64,000 nt of DNA from an uncultured Alphaproteobacteria bacterium (GTDB taxonomy: Bacteria > Pseudomonadota > Alphaproteobacteria > Rhizobiales > Rhodomicrobiaceae): assembly GCA_963721975.1 (NCBI GenBank), contig CAVRLF010000004.1, positions 3,033-67,032 of the forward strand. Direction: 5' to 3'. The notes under the pieces were generated by a model that ran no database searches, was not told the DNA's origin, and saw only the letters and a program-made list of their open reading frames with translations. Below are positions 9,374 through 19,659 of this stretch, in pieces (position 1 is the stretch's first letter; every line of letters begins with the position of its first letter). A program made the position numbers and the translations under genes.

Positions 9374-9518
9374 GCTGGGTTACTCTACAGGTCGGCCGGT
9401 TGGGGTGACCGCCCTTCATACCCTGTTCAGCGGGAAAGAGGAAGGCTGCGCGCCTCATGCCAGCCCGAAGCGTTCGGCTGATGCGGTCGTCGTCGGCGTC
9501 TGGACGACGTCCCTTGAA

Positions 9519-9558
9519 GGTTAAGAGAAGGTTGAGATTGGGTTTGTTTCGTAAAACA
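9519..9558 (-). repeat. Core copy of dispersed AT-rich repeat (TGTTTTACGAAACAAACCCAATCT...TTAACC)
   Basis: Reverse complement of the core at 13571-13611 and 44449-44488. Confidence 0.75.
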
Positions 9559-9800
9559 GGGAGCGGCCCGCTCCGAACTCGTCATCCAGGCCTTGCGAAG
9601 CGCGAGCAGCGCCGCGCCCTCGTCCATCACAAAGTGCTTAAATGTTTATGTGTCTGGATTTTGCCGCCCACGGAAGCGCAAGCTGACGGCGGTATTCGAA
9701 GGAGATGGCGTCTTTCGCAATCAACAATGGATCATAAAAAAATCGGTGTCCGGGATCGCCGCCCTGACGGCCATCCCGATGGAAGAAGGGTGACGATGCG

Positions 9801-10592
9801 ATGCGCGTTCTTTTGACGGGAGCGGCGGGCGAAATTGGATCGAGGCTCCGTCGCTTATTGCCGCCGCTCTACGAGCTGGCGCTAACCGACCTTGAGCCGC
9901 CATCCGATTTGCGCCCGGAAGAGACTTTCATCGCAGCCGATCTCGCCGACGCGGCCGCCATAGAGCGCGCCGCCGCGGGCGTCGATGGCATCCTGCATTT
10001 CGGCGGCCAGTCAACCGAGGCGCCCTTCGAGACGATCCTCCAGTCGAACATCGTCGGGACCTACAATCTTTTCGAGGCCGCGCGGAAAGTGAAGGCGCGT
10101 CGCATGGTGTTCGCGTCCACGAACCACGTGGTCGGTTTCTATCCGCGCTCTGAGATCATCGGTCCGCAGGCGCTCCCGCTGCCCGACACGCGCTACGGCG
10201 TCAGCAAGGCGTTCGGCGAAGCGCTCGGCGCGCTTTACGCGCACAAATACGGGCTTAGCGTTTTCTGCATCCGCATCGGCAACGTCTCTGACCGACCCGC
10301 CGACGAGCGGCGGCTCGCCATCTGGCTCAAGCCCGAAGACCTCGTGTCGCTCATCCGGATCGGCCTTGAGCGGGAAAGCCTTGGTTACGAGGTCGTTTAC
10401 GGAGCATCGGACAACGCGCGAAGCTTTTGGGACAATTCCCGCGCCGCCGAGCTCGGTTACAAGCCTGAAGGCCAATCCGAAGCATTTGCGGAAGCCGCGC
10501 TTGCCGCCCAGGCGCTCATCCCCGCGGACACAATCGGCGATCGCTTCCAGGGCGGCCCGTTCTGCTCGCAGGAGTTCGAGGAGCGATCCTGA
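9801..10592 (+). CDS. NAD-dependent epimerase/dehydratase (uronate dehydrogenase-like)
   Basis: TGAAGEIG, FASTNHVVGFY, YGVSKAFGE, YGASDN. Confidence 0.85.
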   Translation: MRVLLTGAAGEIGSRLRRLLPPLYELALTDLEPPSDLRPEETFIAADLADAAAIERAAAGVDGILHFGGQSTEAPFETILQSNIVGTYNLFEAARKVKARRMVFASTNHVVGFYPRSEIIGPQALPLPDTRYGVSKAFGEALGALYAHKYGLSVFCIRIGNVSDRPADERRLAIWLKPEDLVSLIRIGLERESLGYEVVYGASDNARSFWDNSRAAELGYKPEGQSEAFAEAALAAQALIPADTIGDRFQGGPFCSQEFEERS

Positions 10593-10718
10593 ACGTCTAG
10601 ACTGGCGGCTGCAACCTCACATCTTGGCGCGCCTTGACCAGTATGTCATCCACCGGGCGTTGCTGGCGCAGCGGAAGGAATTGGCGCGGCCCGCGCTACC
10701 TGTTCGAAAGGCGTGGCG

Positions 10719-10817
10719 CCCCCTTACACCAGCCCTCTCTCCCTGGGAGAGGGCGTCCGGTCGCAGCCGTCGCAACGGCGTTCCCTCTCCCAGAGGGAGA
10801 GGGACAGGGTGAGGGGG
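10719..10817. repeat. REP-like double-hairpin element (CCCTCTCCC..GGGAGAGGG)
   Basis: Two CCCTCTC(TC)CC/GGGAGAGGG hairpins with outer CCCCT..AGGGG arms, between convergent genes. Confidence 0.75.
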
Positions 10818-10836
10818 TACGGTGTTGTTTTCGCTC

Positions 10837-11046
10837 CTATTCCAGCCGCTTCAACACGCGCTTCTTCGCGGACGGAGCCTTGAGCCATGCTTTCGGCTTC
10901 GGCGCAGGGGCGGCGGCAGGAAACAACTCGACACGCAGTTCCCTGATGCTGACGCTGATTGAGCAGCTTCCCAGCGTCAGGACGGCGGCAAGCGCCGCGG
11001 CGATGCATCCGTTTTTGCGTGTCTTGAGTTTTGAAGGTGCGGTCAT
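10837..11046 (-). CDS. Putative small lipoprotein
   Basis: Basic N-terminus, hydrophobic core and lipobox-like LGSC. Confidence 0.45.
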   Translation of the reverse strand: MTAPSKLKTRKNGCIAAALAAVLTLGSCSISVSIRELRVELFPAAAPAPKPKAWLKAPSAKKRVLKRLE

Positions 11047-11261
11047 AAGGGCCTCCATCGGCTTGGCTGATGACCTCACGCTGGCGAACGGCAGCGCTTG
11101 ACCGCGACGGCAGATGGTGAGCAATCTCCCGTCCGCTGGCGGCAATAGCGTGACGCGGGCGTTGCCGTTAATCTGCCGTTGATTGACGCGCCTTTGACGT
11201 TGCTTTGCCGCCCCTATTTGCTGTTCTATCGCTTTTAGTTATTGCTTGGACAGATGCGCAC

Positions 11262-12218
11262 ATGGCGCTTGAAGACCGCCGCGAACCGATATTCGAGCTC
11301 GCTGAGAAATTTCAGTTCCTGAAGGAAAGCCCCATTGCGCGAGCATGTTGCGGGCACGCCGCGACTGAAAACGCGTTCTGCAAGAAACTTGTCATTCCTC
11401 GGAATACGATCCGGGGGAGCTTGGAGTTAAGTCGCCTGAGCGTCGCGCATCAGCTAAAACTTGCCAATAAATGTGGCTTCTCCCTGGATTGGCCCGAATG
11501 GAATGATCGGGCAGCGACCGGCAGCACCAAGCGTGAAAACCGGTGCGATACCTGTGAGAAGTTCATCAATAGGTATATTGCGGAACACCCCTCCGAGCAG
11601 AAGTCCGAGAGCCGCCCGCCGCTCGCGGAGCCGGTGCTCCTTAAGGAAGATCTGAGGGCAGATACGAACAGCATCCAAACTGAACTTGCCTCGCTATCGC
11701 TGTGGACGGGTCAATCAGAGCCTTCGCCGGGCGAAGCAAAGCTGGGGTTCAATATGAATTGCTACGAAGTTGTGACCGACGGCTTGACGACAGGCGTCAA
11801 GCGCGGGGTCTTGACGTTCCGCTGCGGCGACGGCCATACGACCGAAGTCAAAGATCGAACGGGTTATCCCGGCGGCATCGCGTTCAACGACGCCAAGTTT
11901 ACGCCGCTGAGCGTCAACAAGAATGAGCCGAGCTGGCTCGTGACTGCCACGGGCGCCGCCGCGATTGGCCTCATAGGAGATGCGCCACAGGATTTCATCC
12001 GCATCATGAATCTGATGCCGGGCGAAAGCGTCAGCGCTGACTTCATCGCCTGCGTCAGGGACATCGCGACCACTTTTGTACTGCCCGATGGGCAAAACCA
12101 AAGCGCAGCAAAGCAGAAGATCAAGAAGCGCCTGAGAGAGCTCAAGCTTTCGGGCGGCGAGGAAGGCATCGCGAAGTTGGCGGTCGCCGAGATCAGATTT
12201 GCTGCGCGGGACGATTGA
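11262..12218 (+). CDS. Hypothetical protein with possible N-terminal HTH (ORF open from 11205)
   Basis: Long ORF whose stop lies 1 nt before the next gene's ATG. FCKKLVIPRNTIRGSL..HQLKLANKCGF looks HTH-like. Confidence 0.6.
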   Translation: MALEDRREPIFELAEKFQFLKESPIARACCGHAATENAFCKKLVIPRNTIRGSLELSRLSVAHQLKLANKCGFSLDWPEWNDRAATGSTKRENRCDTCEKFINRYIAEHPSEQKSESRPPLAEPVLLKEDLRADTNSIQTELASLSLWTGQSEPSPGEAKLGFNMNCYEVVTDGLTTGVKRGVLTFRCGDGHTTEVKDRTGYPGGIAFNDAKFTPLSVNKNEPSWLVTATGAAAIGLIGDAPQDFIRIMNLMPGESVSADFIACVRDIATTFVLPDGQNQSAAKQKIKKRLRELKLSGGEEGIAKLAVAEIRFAARDD

Positions 12219-12219
12219 A

Positions 12220-13314
12220 ATGGATGCTTTGTTGCAGCCGGAATCGGATTTGGCAGTCCGCGAAAAACTGATCGATGAGGCCGCCACGGACAACTTCGTG
12301 GAACTGATCAGCATCGCGGGATTGGACCCGAAGAAGCACCTGCGCTTCGCCGATTGGTCTGGCGTCGATTTCGGCGGCAGCGATCTGCGCGGCTTCGATT
12401 TCACGGGCGCGCGACTTATCGCGTGCAATTTCTTGGGCGCGCGCATCGAGGGTGCGCGGTTTGATCAGGCGCTGATCGACGAGGTGCGGCCGGGCGCAAG
12501 GCTCGATCCCCGTCGCACAGATCTGCCAAAGGCCAGAGACTGGATCAGCTACGTGAACAGCTGGAAGAAGGCAGACAGGCCCGCGCCGGAGCATTTGCCG
12601 CCGGGTTCGGTGTTTCAGGATGCGCCGTTTGCGCCGGAGATGGTGGTTGTTCCGCCGGGCCGGTTCTGGATGGGATCGAAGGACCGTGAAGGTTTCAACT
12701 CCGAGCGCCCGCAGCATGAGGTGACGATTCCCCAGGCGTTAGCGGTTGGGCGATTCCCCGTGACGTTCTACGAATGGGAGGCTGCGCGCGCCGCAGGCGC
12801 CGTCGAACCTAAGCCGACGGGTCGTGAGAGCCACCCCGTAACACGTGTATCGTGGGATGAAGCTCAAACCTATGTGTCGTGGTTGTCCCGAGTTACGGAC
12901 AGACCCTACCGGCTTTTGAGCGAGGCAGAGTGGGAATACGCATGCCGGGCGGGGAGGGAGACAGCCTATTCGTTAGGCGACGCCCTCACCGAGACGCTAG
13001 CGCACCTTAGGAAAAATGGGCATCCAACTGTCGAGGTTGGCTTATTTCCTGCGAACGGTTTCGGCGTCTGCGACATGCACCAGAATGTCTGGGAGTGGTG
13101 CGAAGACCGCTGGAACAAGAGCTACAGAGCCAAACCTGAAGGAATAAGACTAACAGGGGAAGCATGGACAATCGGAGAGAGCCGCGTTTTGCGCGGCGGC
13201 CCCTGCGACGGAACTCCCCGCGTGGCACGCGCGGCGCGGCGCGGCATGGCTAGTAATAGCATACTGCTAAACGACGTCGGTTTTCGAGTGGCTAGGAGGC
13301 TTCTTGCCTCTTGA
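12220..13314 (+). CDS. Pentapeptide-repeat plus FGE-sulfatase (SUMF1/EgtB, CLec-fold) domain protein
   Basis: N-terminal ADWSG/VDFGG/SDLRG/FDFTG/ARLIA repeats. C-terminal PEMVVVPPGRFWMGS, YRLLSEAEWEYACRAG, DMHQNVWEWCED, RVLRGG...GFRVAR. Confidence 0.85.
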   Translation: MDALLQPESDLAVREKLIDEAATDNFVELISIAGLDPKKHLRFADWSGVDFGGSDLRGFDFTGARLIACNFLGARIEGARFDQALIDEVRPGARLDPRRTDLPKARDWISYVNSWKKADRPAPEHLPPGSVFQDAPFAPEMVVVPPGRFWMGSKDREGFNSERPQHEVTIPQALAVGRFPVTFYEWEAARAAGAVEPKPTGRESHPVTRVSWDEAQTYVSWLSRVTDRPYRLLSEAEWEYACRAGRETAYSLGDALTETLAHLRKNGHPTVEVGLFPANGFGVCDMHQNVWEWCEDRWNKSYRAKPEGIRLTGEAWTIGESRVLRGGPCDGTPRVARAARRGMASNSILLNDVGFRVARRLLAS

Positions 13315-13471
13315 AGCCTTACCTCGTGTTTTTTTGCCGGGGACGCAAAGTCTTGCTGTCTTTCAGACGGGCGCGCTCCTCTGCGATCAGCGCACAGCCG
13401 GCCTTGAACGCCGCCTCCCGCCCACCGATTTATGGGCAAGCGCTCGGCTCACGGCGGCGACGCTTCAACCT

Positions 13472-13611
13472 CGCATCAACGCTTCCAAACGCAATCCCAA
13501 ACGCAAGCCTTAAGATAAGGTGAACCCGTCGATTTTGAGCGCTTCAAATATAGATGCTTATATATAGACTTGTTTTACGAAACAAACCCAATCTTGACCC
13601 ATTATTAACCG
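13472..13611 (+). repeat. Long copy of dispersed ~140-bp intergenic repeat
   Basis: Colinear similarity with 44352-44488 (GCAATCC, CGCAAG, TTAAGAT, TGAGCGCTTC, TGTTTTAC, CCAATCTTG, TTAACC). Confidence 0.8.
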
Positions 13612-13918
13612 GCCGCCGGCGTTCCGCTTGACGCCGAAACGCTCCCGGTCAAAGCCAGCGCGTCGCGAATCCCGGATAACGTCCGTGGCGTTTCCGGGAA
13701 GACGCGAGCGGCTATTTCCAGCGTTCTAGATCGAGGCCGCCGCAACCTCGCAACCGCAGCGCGACTTGAACGGCGCCGTTTCCATCACAGATTCGTGGGG
13801 GAGTGTTCGGCTCGCGCTGCGTGCTCGCCGTTGCAACGCCCGGCTGCGCCTGTATGATCGCCCCTCGATTCGAGCCGCTCCCTTAGCGGGCGGCGGCGCC
13901 ATAGCGGAGCGATAAGCG

Positions 13919-16246
13919 ATGAAATCCATCGAACAGCGGATTGCGGATGAGCTTGGCGTGCGGGCGCAGCAGGTTCAGGCGGCGGTCGATCTTCTGGACG
14001 GCGGCTCGACGGTGCCGTTCATCGCGCGCTATCGCAAGGAAGTCACCGGCACGCTCGACGACGCGCAGCTTCGCACGCTGGAGGAACGGCTGCGCTATCT
14101 GCGCGAGCTGGAGGAGCGGCGCACGGCGATCCTCGACTCGATCCGCGAGCAGGGCAAGCTCACCGACGAGCTTGAGGCGCAGATCATGGCGGCGGATTCA
14201 AAGGCGCGGCTCGAAGACATCTATCTGCCCTATAAGCCGAAGCGGCGCACGAAGGCGCAGATCGCGAGGGAGGCGGGGCTTGAGCCGCTGGCGGATGCGC
14301 TGCTCAACGATCCGTCGAACATTCCGGACGCGCTGGCCGCGACGTTCATCGACGCCGAGAAGGGCGTGGCCGACGCGGGCGCCGCGCTGGAGGGCGCGCG
14401 CGCTATCCTGGTCGAGCGCTTCGGCGAGGACGCGGACCTCATCGGCAATTTACGCGAGGAGATGTGGGGCCGCGGCCGGATGGCGGCGAAGGCGAAGGAC
14501 GACAAGAAGGACACGCCCGAGGCCGCCAAATTCGCGGATTATTTCGACAAAACCGAGCCGTTCACCAAGATGCCTGCGCATCGTATTCTCGCGATGTTCC
14601 GTGGCGAGAAGGAGGGGTTTCTCGATCTGAATTTCGAGCCGGAAGATCCCGCGCAGGCGCCCGCCAGCGGCCCGAGCCTCTTCGAGGCCCGCATCGCGCG
14701 CAAGTTCAACATCGCCGACCGTGGCCGCCCCGCCGACAAATGGCTGAACGACACGGTGCGCTGGGCCTGGCGCACGCGCATCCAGGGACATCTGTCGGTC
14801 GACCTTCGCATGCGGCTTTGGCAAGCGGCGGAGGAAGAGGCCGTGCGGGTGTTTGCGAGCAATCTGCGCGATCTCCTGCTCGCCGCGCCCGCCGGAACGC
14901 GCGCCACCATGGGCCTCGATCCGGGATTCCGCACCGGCGTGAAGGTCGCTGTGGTGGACGCCACCGGCAAGGTCGCCGAAACGGCCACGATCTATCCGCA
15001 CGAGCCGAAGCGCCTTTGGGGGGAGTCGCTCTCCACCTTGGGCAGGCTGTGCATCCAGCATAAGGTCGAGCTGATCGCCATCGGCAATGGCACCGCTTCG
15101 CGTGAGACGGACAAGCTTGCCGCCGAGCTGGTCGCCGGGCTGGCGCAGCTCAAGATGACAAAGATTGTGGTGTCGGAAGCGGGCGCATCGGTCTATTCCG
15201 CCAGCGCCTACGCCAGCGCTGAGCTGCCCGGCCTCGACGTTTCTCTGCGTGGCGCGGTTTCCATCGCGCGCCGCCTGCAAGACCCGCTGGCCGAGCTTGT
15301 GAAGATCGACCCGAAATCCATCGGCGTCGGCCAGTATCAGCACGACGTGTCGGAATCACAGCTTTCGCGCTCGCTCGACGCGGTGGTGGAAGACTGCGTG
15401 AACGCGGTGGGCGTAGACCTGAACACGGCCTCGGCGCCGCTGCTCTCGCGCGTGTCCGGCATTAGCGAAAGCCTCGCCAAAAATATCGTCGCCTATCGCG
15501 ACTCCAAGGGCGCCTTCAAAAAGCGCAAGGAGCTTCAAGAGGTGCCGCGGCTTGGGCCGAAAGCCTTCGAGCAGGCGGCTGGCTTCCTGCGCATCCCAAA
15601 CGGCGACGACCCGCTCGACGCCTCGTCGGTTCATCCCGAAGCCTACCCGGTCGTGCGCAAGATCGTGGCGGCCGCCAAGACCGACATCAAGAAGCTGATC
15701 GGCAACGCGCCCGTGCTGCGCGGGCTGCAGCCGAAGGAGTTCGTGGACGAGACCTTCGGCCTGCCGACCGTGACCGACATTCTGCGCGAGCTGGAGAAGC
15801 CCGGCCGCGATCCCCGCCCCGCGTTCAAGACCGCGACCTTCCAGGAGGGCGTGGAGAAGATTTCCGACCTGAAGCCCGGCATGGTGCTGGAAGGCGTGGT
15901 GACAAATGTGGCCGCGTTCGGCGCTTTCGTGGACATCGGCGTGCACCAGGATGGGCTCGTGCATGTGTCCGCGCTGTCGAAGACCTTCGTGAAAGACCCG
16001 CGCGAGGTGGTGAAGCCCGGCGACGTCGTGCGCGTGAAGGTGATGGAGGTGGACCAGCCGAGGAAGCGCATCTCGCTCACCCTGCGGCTCGACGATGAGA
16101 TTGGCGCTGGCGACCGTCCGCAAGGCGGCGGAGCGAGGGCGCCGACGCCGAAAAAGATGAGCGCCGCGCCTCAGCGCAAACCCGAGGCCGCCGGCGGCGC
16201 TTTCGCCGACGCGTTTCGCAAGGCGGGGCTGACGGGGCAGAAATAA
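13919..16246 (+). CDS. tex: Tex family RNA-binding transcription accessory protein
   Basis: [33 protein letters not shown], HhH region and C-terminal S1 domain ([15 protein letters not shown]). Confidence 0.95.
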   Translation: MKSIEQRIADELGVRAQQVQAAVDLLDGGSTVPFIARYRKEVTGTLDDAQLRTLEERLRYLRELEERRTAILDSIREQGKLTDELEAQIMAADSKARLEDIYLPYKPKRRTKAQIAREAGLEPLADALLNDPSNIPDALAATFIDAEKGVADAGAALEGARAILVERFGEDADLIGNLREEMWGRGRMAAKAKDDKKDTPEAAKFADYFDKTEPFTKMPAHRILAMFRGEKEGFLDLNFEPEDPAQAPASGPSLFEARIARKFNIADRGRPADKWLNDTVRWAWRTRIQGHLSVDLRMRLWQAAEEEAVRVFASNLRDLLLAAPAGTRATMGLDPGFRTGVKVAVVDATGKVAETATIYPHEPKRLWGESLSTLGRLCIQHKVELIAIGNGTASRETDKLAAELVAGLAQLKMTKIVVSEAGASVYSASAYASAELPGLDVSLRGAVSIARRLQDPLAELVKIDPKSIGVGQYQHDVSESQLSRSLDAVVEDCVNAVGVDLNTASAPLLSRVSGISESLAKNIVAYRDSKGAFKKRKELQEVPRLGPKAFEQAAGFLRIPNGDDPLDASSVHPEAYPVVRKIVAAAKTDIKKLIGNAPVLRGLQPKEFVDETFGLPTVTDILRELEKPGRDPRPAFKTATFQEGVEKISDLKPGMVLEGVVTNVAAFGAFVDIGVHQDGLVHVSALSKTFVKDPREVVKPGDVVRVKVMEVDQPRKRISLTLRLDDEIGAGDRPQGGGARAPTPKKMSAAPQRKPEAAGGAFADAFRKAGLTGQK

Positions 16247-16433
16247 TCAAGACGGCTTTGGCGAGTTCATTTCGCAGGCGACGGCGGTAATCTTAGGTGT
16301 TATCTCAACCATAACGAGACATGCCACGCATATACATATTCCGGTTGAGCGTCGGTTTTTGAACATGGATCGGATGCCGAACACGCCTACTGCCCAGGCG
16401 CGGGCCAAGAAGTGATATGTAACGGAGACGGCG

Positions 16434-16842
16434 ATGCTTTTGGAATGGAATGAAAACCTGTCGGTTGGCGTGCCCAGCATCGATGAGCAGCACAAAGCGC
16501 TGTTAGGATTGCTCAATGAACTCTTCGACGCCACGCAGGCTGGGAGAGGGCAGGTCGTGTTGGGCAAGGTGCTTAAGGAGCTTGCCGACTACACAGTTTA
16601 TCATTTCCAGTATGAGGAGTCCCCTCTTCGCCCAGACGGGCTATAGCGCTGCTCCGGATCACATCAAAGAACATGACGAGTTGGTCAGACTGGTTCAAGC
16701 ACTGAGGCAGAAGTATGAGAACGGCGCCACCGAAATTCTGTCTGAAGAGCTTCTGAATTTCCTGAGAAGGTGGCTGTACACGCACATCATGGGCAGTGAC
16801 AAGAAATTCGGGCCGCACTTGGTCTCAATGGGAATAAAGTAA
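16434..16842 (+). pseudogene. Bacteriohemerythrin with a +1 frameshift near 16620 (possible sequencing error)
   Basis: W..LSVG..IDEQHK..HFQYEE in one frame, then LFAQTGY..HIKEH..WL..HI..SD in another. Extra C in TCCCCTC. Confidence 0.8.
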
Positions 16843-17100
16843 TTTGCGGCGGCCCTTTCTGGCGTCGATGGCCTGAGGGGCCTGGAGCGTGTGAAGAACG
16901 TGCGCCCTGAAACCGAAACATCCGCTAAAGAATTTGAAAGCAATCGACGCCGCTCAAACCATCTTCGCTGCTAGCGGCCTATCGCGCTCGTCGGCGGACA
17001 GACGAAATTTGAGGTATTGGAGAAGCCGGAAACGTTGCTTGGGCCAGTTGAAACGGAGGAACAGTTGGCCGGGGCAAGCCCGGCCATTTAGCGCACACAG

Positions 17101-17565
17101 CTACTGGCAGGTCCAGACATAGCCGATATCGGTCATCAGCCAGCACGAGCCCACGCCATACGGCCACCAGCGTCCGCCCCAATAGCGCCGTCCTGTTCCG
17201 TACCAGACGCCGCCGCCATAGCGTCCGCCGACGCGGGGACGGCCGGCGACAACTGCTCCGCCGTGATAGCGCCCTCCTCCGACAACTCTGCCGCCATGAA
17301 CCACGCCCCCTCTTGCGCCATGCACTGCGACCGCTCCGCCGCCGTGAGGGCCACGCACGGCGACGGCGCCGCCACGATGCCCCGCAGCCCCGTGAAAGCC
17401 TCCATGGCCGCCTCCACGAACGCCGCCGCGGACCAAAACCGCGTCGGATGTGGGGGCGATGGCGCTTCGGGCATCGGGTTTGATGTCGACCCCATATGCG
17501 AGATTGACGCCTGCGAGCACGAACATGGTGGCGGCGGCAAAAGATATTAAGTGAAATCTGGGCAT
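17101..17565 (-). CDS. Secreted glycine-rich protein
   Basis: Signal peptide, G/H/R-rich repeats and C-terminal WYG..RRYWGGRWWPYGVGSCW..YVWTCQ. Confidence 0.7.
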   Translation of the reverse strand: MPRFHLISFAAATMFVLAGVNLAYGVDIKPDARSAIAPTSDAVLVRGGVRGGGHGGFHGAAGHRGGAVAVRGPHGGGAVAVHGARGGVVHGGRVVGGGRYHGGAVVAGRPRVGGRYGGGVWYGTGRRYWGGRWWPYGVGSCWLMTDIGYVWTCQ

Positions 17566-17788
17566 GCCCGGTCTCCAAGGACTCCGTTGTAACCATTCAA
17601 AGTTTGACGCTTTCGGCGGTCAGAACCTTGATAACTATCAATATCACAACCGCGACCTGAACGGCCGGTGAATTGAGCCGTATGCTTAAGTTTGGTCGGC
17701 GCATGCGCAGCGCAGGTGTGGGCGCAGCCTCCGCCGTCTGGAAAAGCAAAGGGCGATGAGCGTATTTTATCCGGGTAAAATAACGCTC

Positions 17789-18376
17789 ATGATTTACGAG
17801 ACAACAAGCAATCTCGCATGCACTGCGTTCGACCGCGACCGCAGCATCGCGTCCGGCTCCTACGTGCGCGTTGCGCTTACCGTCAAAGAGCACGTGCGGG
17901 TTTACGCGGATGCGGCTGTCCTCATCTTCGACGATGCGACTGGCGAGCAGATTGATTTCGATTTGCGCGGGTCCGATGAAGACATTTCCGCCCGGATAGT
18001 GAAGCGTTTCCAATGTGCGCCCGCGGAAACCGGCCGCGCTCCGGGGCGTCCCAAATTGGGGGTCGTCGCCCGCGAGGTCACCCTCCTGCCCCGGCATTGG
18101 GAATGGCTCGCAGAACAGCCGGGCGGCGCGTCTGTGGCGCTGCGCAAGCTTGTCGAGGAGGCTCGACGCGTCGCCGACCCGAACAAGGCGCAGATGCATA
18201 AACTGCATCAGCGAGCGTACCGCTTTATGGCGGCAATCGCAGGCAATCGGCCAAACTTCGAGGAGGCCTCCCGGTCGCTGTTCGCCAACGATATGTCTCG
18301 CTTGAGCGAACTCATTTCGGACTGGCCTGCCGACATCCGTGATCACACCTTGCGGCTCTGCATGGAAGATGCGTAA
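17789..18376 (+). CDS. DUF2239 family protein
   Basis: LIFDDATGEQIDFDLRG, GRPKLGVVAREVTLLPRHWEWL, GGASVALRKLVE, FEEASRSLFA. Confidence 0.85.
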   Translation: MIYETTSNLACTAFDRDRSIASGSYVRVALTVKEHVRVYADAAVLIFDDATGEQIDFDLRGSDEDISARIVKRFQCAPAETGRAPGRPKLGVVAREVTLLPRHWEWLAEQPGGASVALRKLVEEARRVADPNKAQMHKLHQRAYRFMAAIAGNRPNFEEASRSLFANDMSRLSELISDWPADIRDHTLRLCMEDA

Positions 18377-18546
18377 AGCGCTCAACAAGCGAACCGATAG
18401 CCGCACTGGCTAGTGGAATGCCTGAAGGCTAGCGTTACTTGCCTCCGTAAGGGTGGGCAGATTGGCGGAAGATGATTGCTCAATGCAGCTTAGTTCGTTC
18501 ACAGCGTTGCCGACCCTCTGGGCTGCATTATAGTCAGGCACATTCC

Positions 18547-19506
18547 CTACACCGATCTCGCTAAAACTCCGCTAGTTTTCAGGATGGCGATTTGACTGTT
18601 CAGCGCTTTTCTAAGCTGTATTATGTTCCGATACCGAATGCACTTATGACCGCTGACATCGAATGGCAATTTTTCACCTTCCTTTGCAACTAGAATTGTG
18701 GGCTTTCCTTGAGCCCAAGCAAATCCGATTTCTAAAAAGACATTTGGGTTGTGATTGTTGAGGAGTGCAATGACGCCGTAACTTTCCGTTATCCTCCTTT
18801 TGATCTCTGTCACGATATCGCCCGTGAAAGTTTCGAGATCAAGTCTTTCACAGATATAGCCATTCGCCTTCGCTGCCTCGCAGAATCCTATGTAGAACTC
18901 GTCATCAAATTCGTCTGCAAATGGCATAGCTGTGAATAGGCGCGGCAGCTCTTCCGCGCGAGCACCGTAAGAGTCTTGCCCGAAAAATTGCTCCGCTCTG
19001 AACGGAATATTGCCGCTTAACGCTTTGAGAGCTTCTGATTGCTCTTTAAGAATATTCTTGAAAATCTCGCAGCGACTTTCGGAACGCTCTGCGATTGTGA
19101 TCAGTTCTAAGTTGCCTTTATCTATAGTCCATTCATCAACGATACCTGCTATCATCGATAAGAAAGACGGCTCTGGATCAAGTCCATATCCAGGGCCATG
19201 TATCGTGAGCCCGATATGGCGAATAGTTCGCTTATGCTGACGGGCTGTTTTTACAACTCTGGCGCCAAATTCTTGAATGCGCTCGTACCTAAACTCCCAA
19301 AGCGGTCCAACTCCCAAGAATAATACCTCCGGTGCCGCCAGACCCTTTCCCTCCACAAAACGTGCCTGCCCTGCCTCGACATGGCCAAAAAAGCCAATGG
19401 CTTTTGCCACAGCTGCATCGGCCCCGAAAAAACCGTCTGCATGTTTCACCGCGAGCAAGTCCGCAGACAGTCTGATAACGTCGGTGTTAGCTATATTTAT
19501 ATTCAT
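18547..19506 (-). CDS. Macro-like domain fused to nucleoside 2-deoxyribosyltransferase (NDT)/TIR-like domain
   Basis: N-terminus INIANTDVIRLSADLLAV..FFGADAAVAKAI and IGLTIHGPGYG resemble a Macro domain. C-terminus FTAMPF..NPNVFLEIGFAWAQGKPTILV..LPFDV..IRY is NDT-like. Visibly AT-rich. Confidence 0.65.
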   Translation of the reverse strand: MNINIANTDVIRLSADLLAVKHADGFFGADAAVAKAIGFFGHVEAGQARFVEGKGLAAPEVLFLGVGPLWEFRYERIQEFGARVVKTARQHKRTIRHIGLTIHGPGYGLDPEPSFLSMIAGIVDEWTIDKGNLELITIAERSESRCEIFKNILKEQSEALKALSGNIPFRAEQFFGQDSYGARAEELPRLFTAMPFADEFDDEFYIGFCEAAKANGYICERLDLETFTGDIVTEIKRRITESYGVIALLNNHNPNVFLEIGFAWAQGKPTILVAKEGEKLPFDVSGHKCIRYRNIIQLRKALNSQIAILKTSGVLARSV

Positions 19507-19659
19507 TTTTTTGCCGAGATAGTGTGCGACCGGATCAGTTCACTAATCAAAAAACTGTAATACGAAAAGGTATGTCTTAAAATTTTTAGATTTTAGGCAG
19601 CGGCGGATCGCGTCCGTCCGCAAGGGGCATTGGATCGATCTTCCCAATGTCCGATTTTC

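Noticed and set aside
13180-13310. Possible DGR variable repeat in the FGE gene
   Set aside because: No second near-identical copy, AAC-rich template or RT gene is visible in the window. The GGPC substitution is not explained by adenine mutagenesis.
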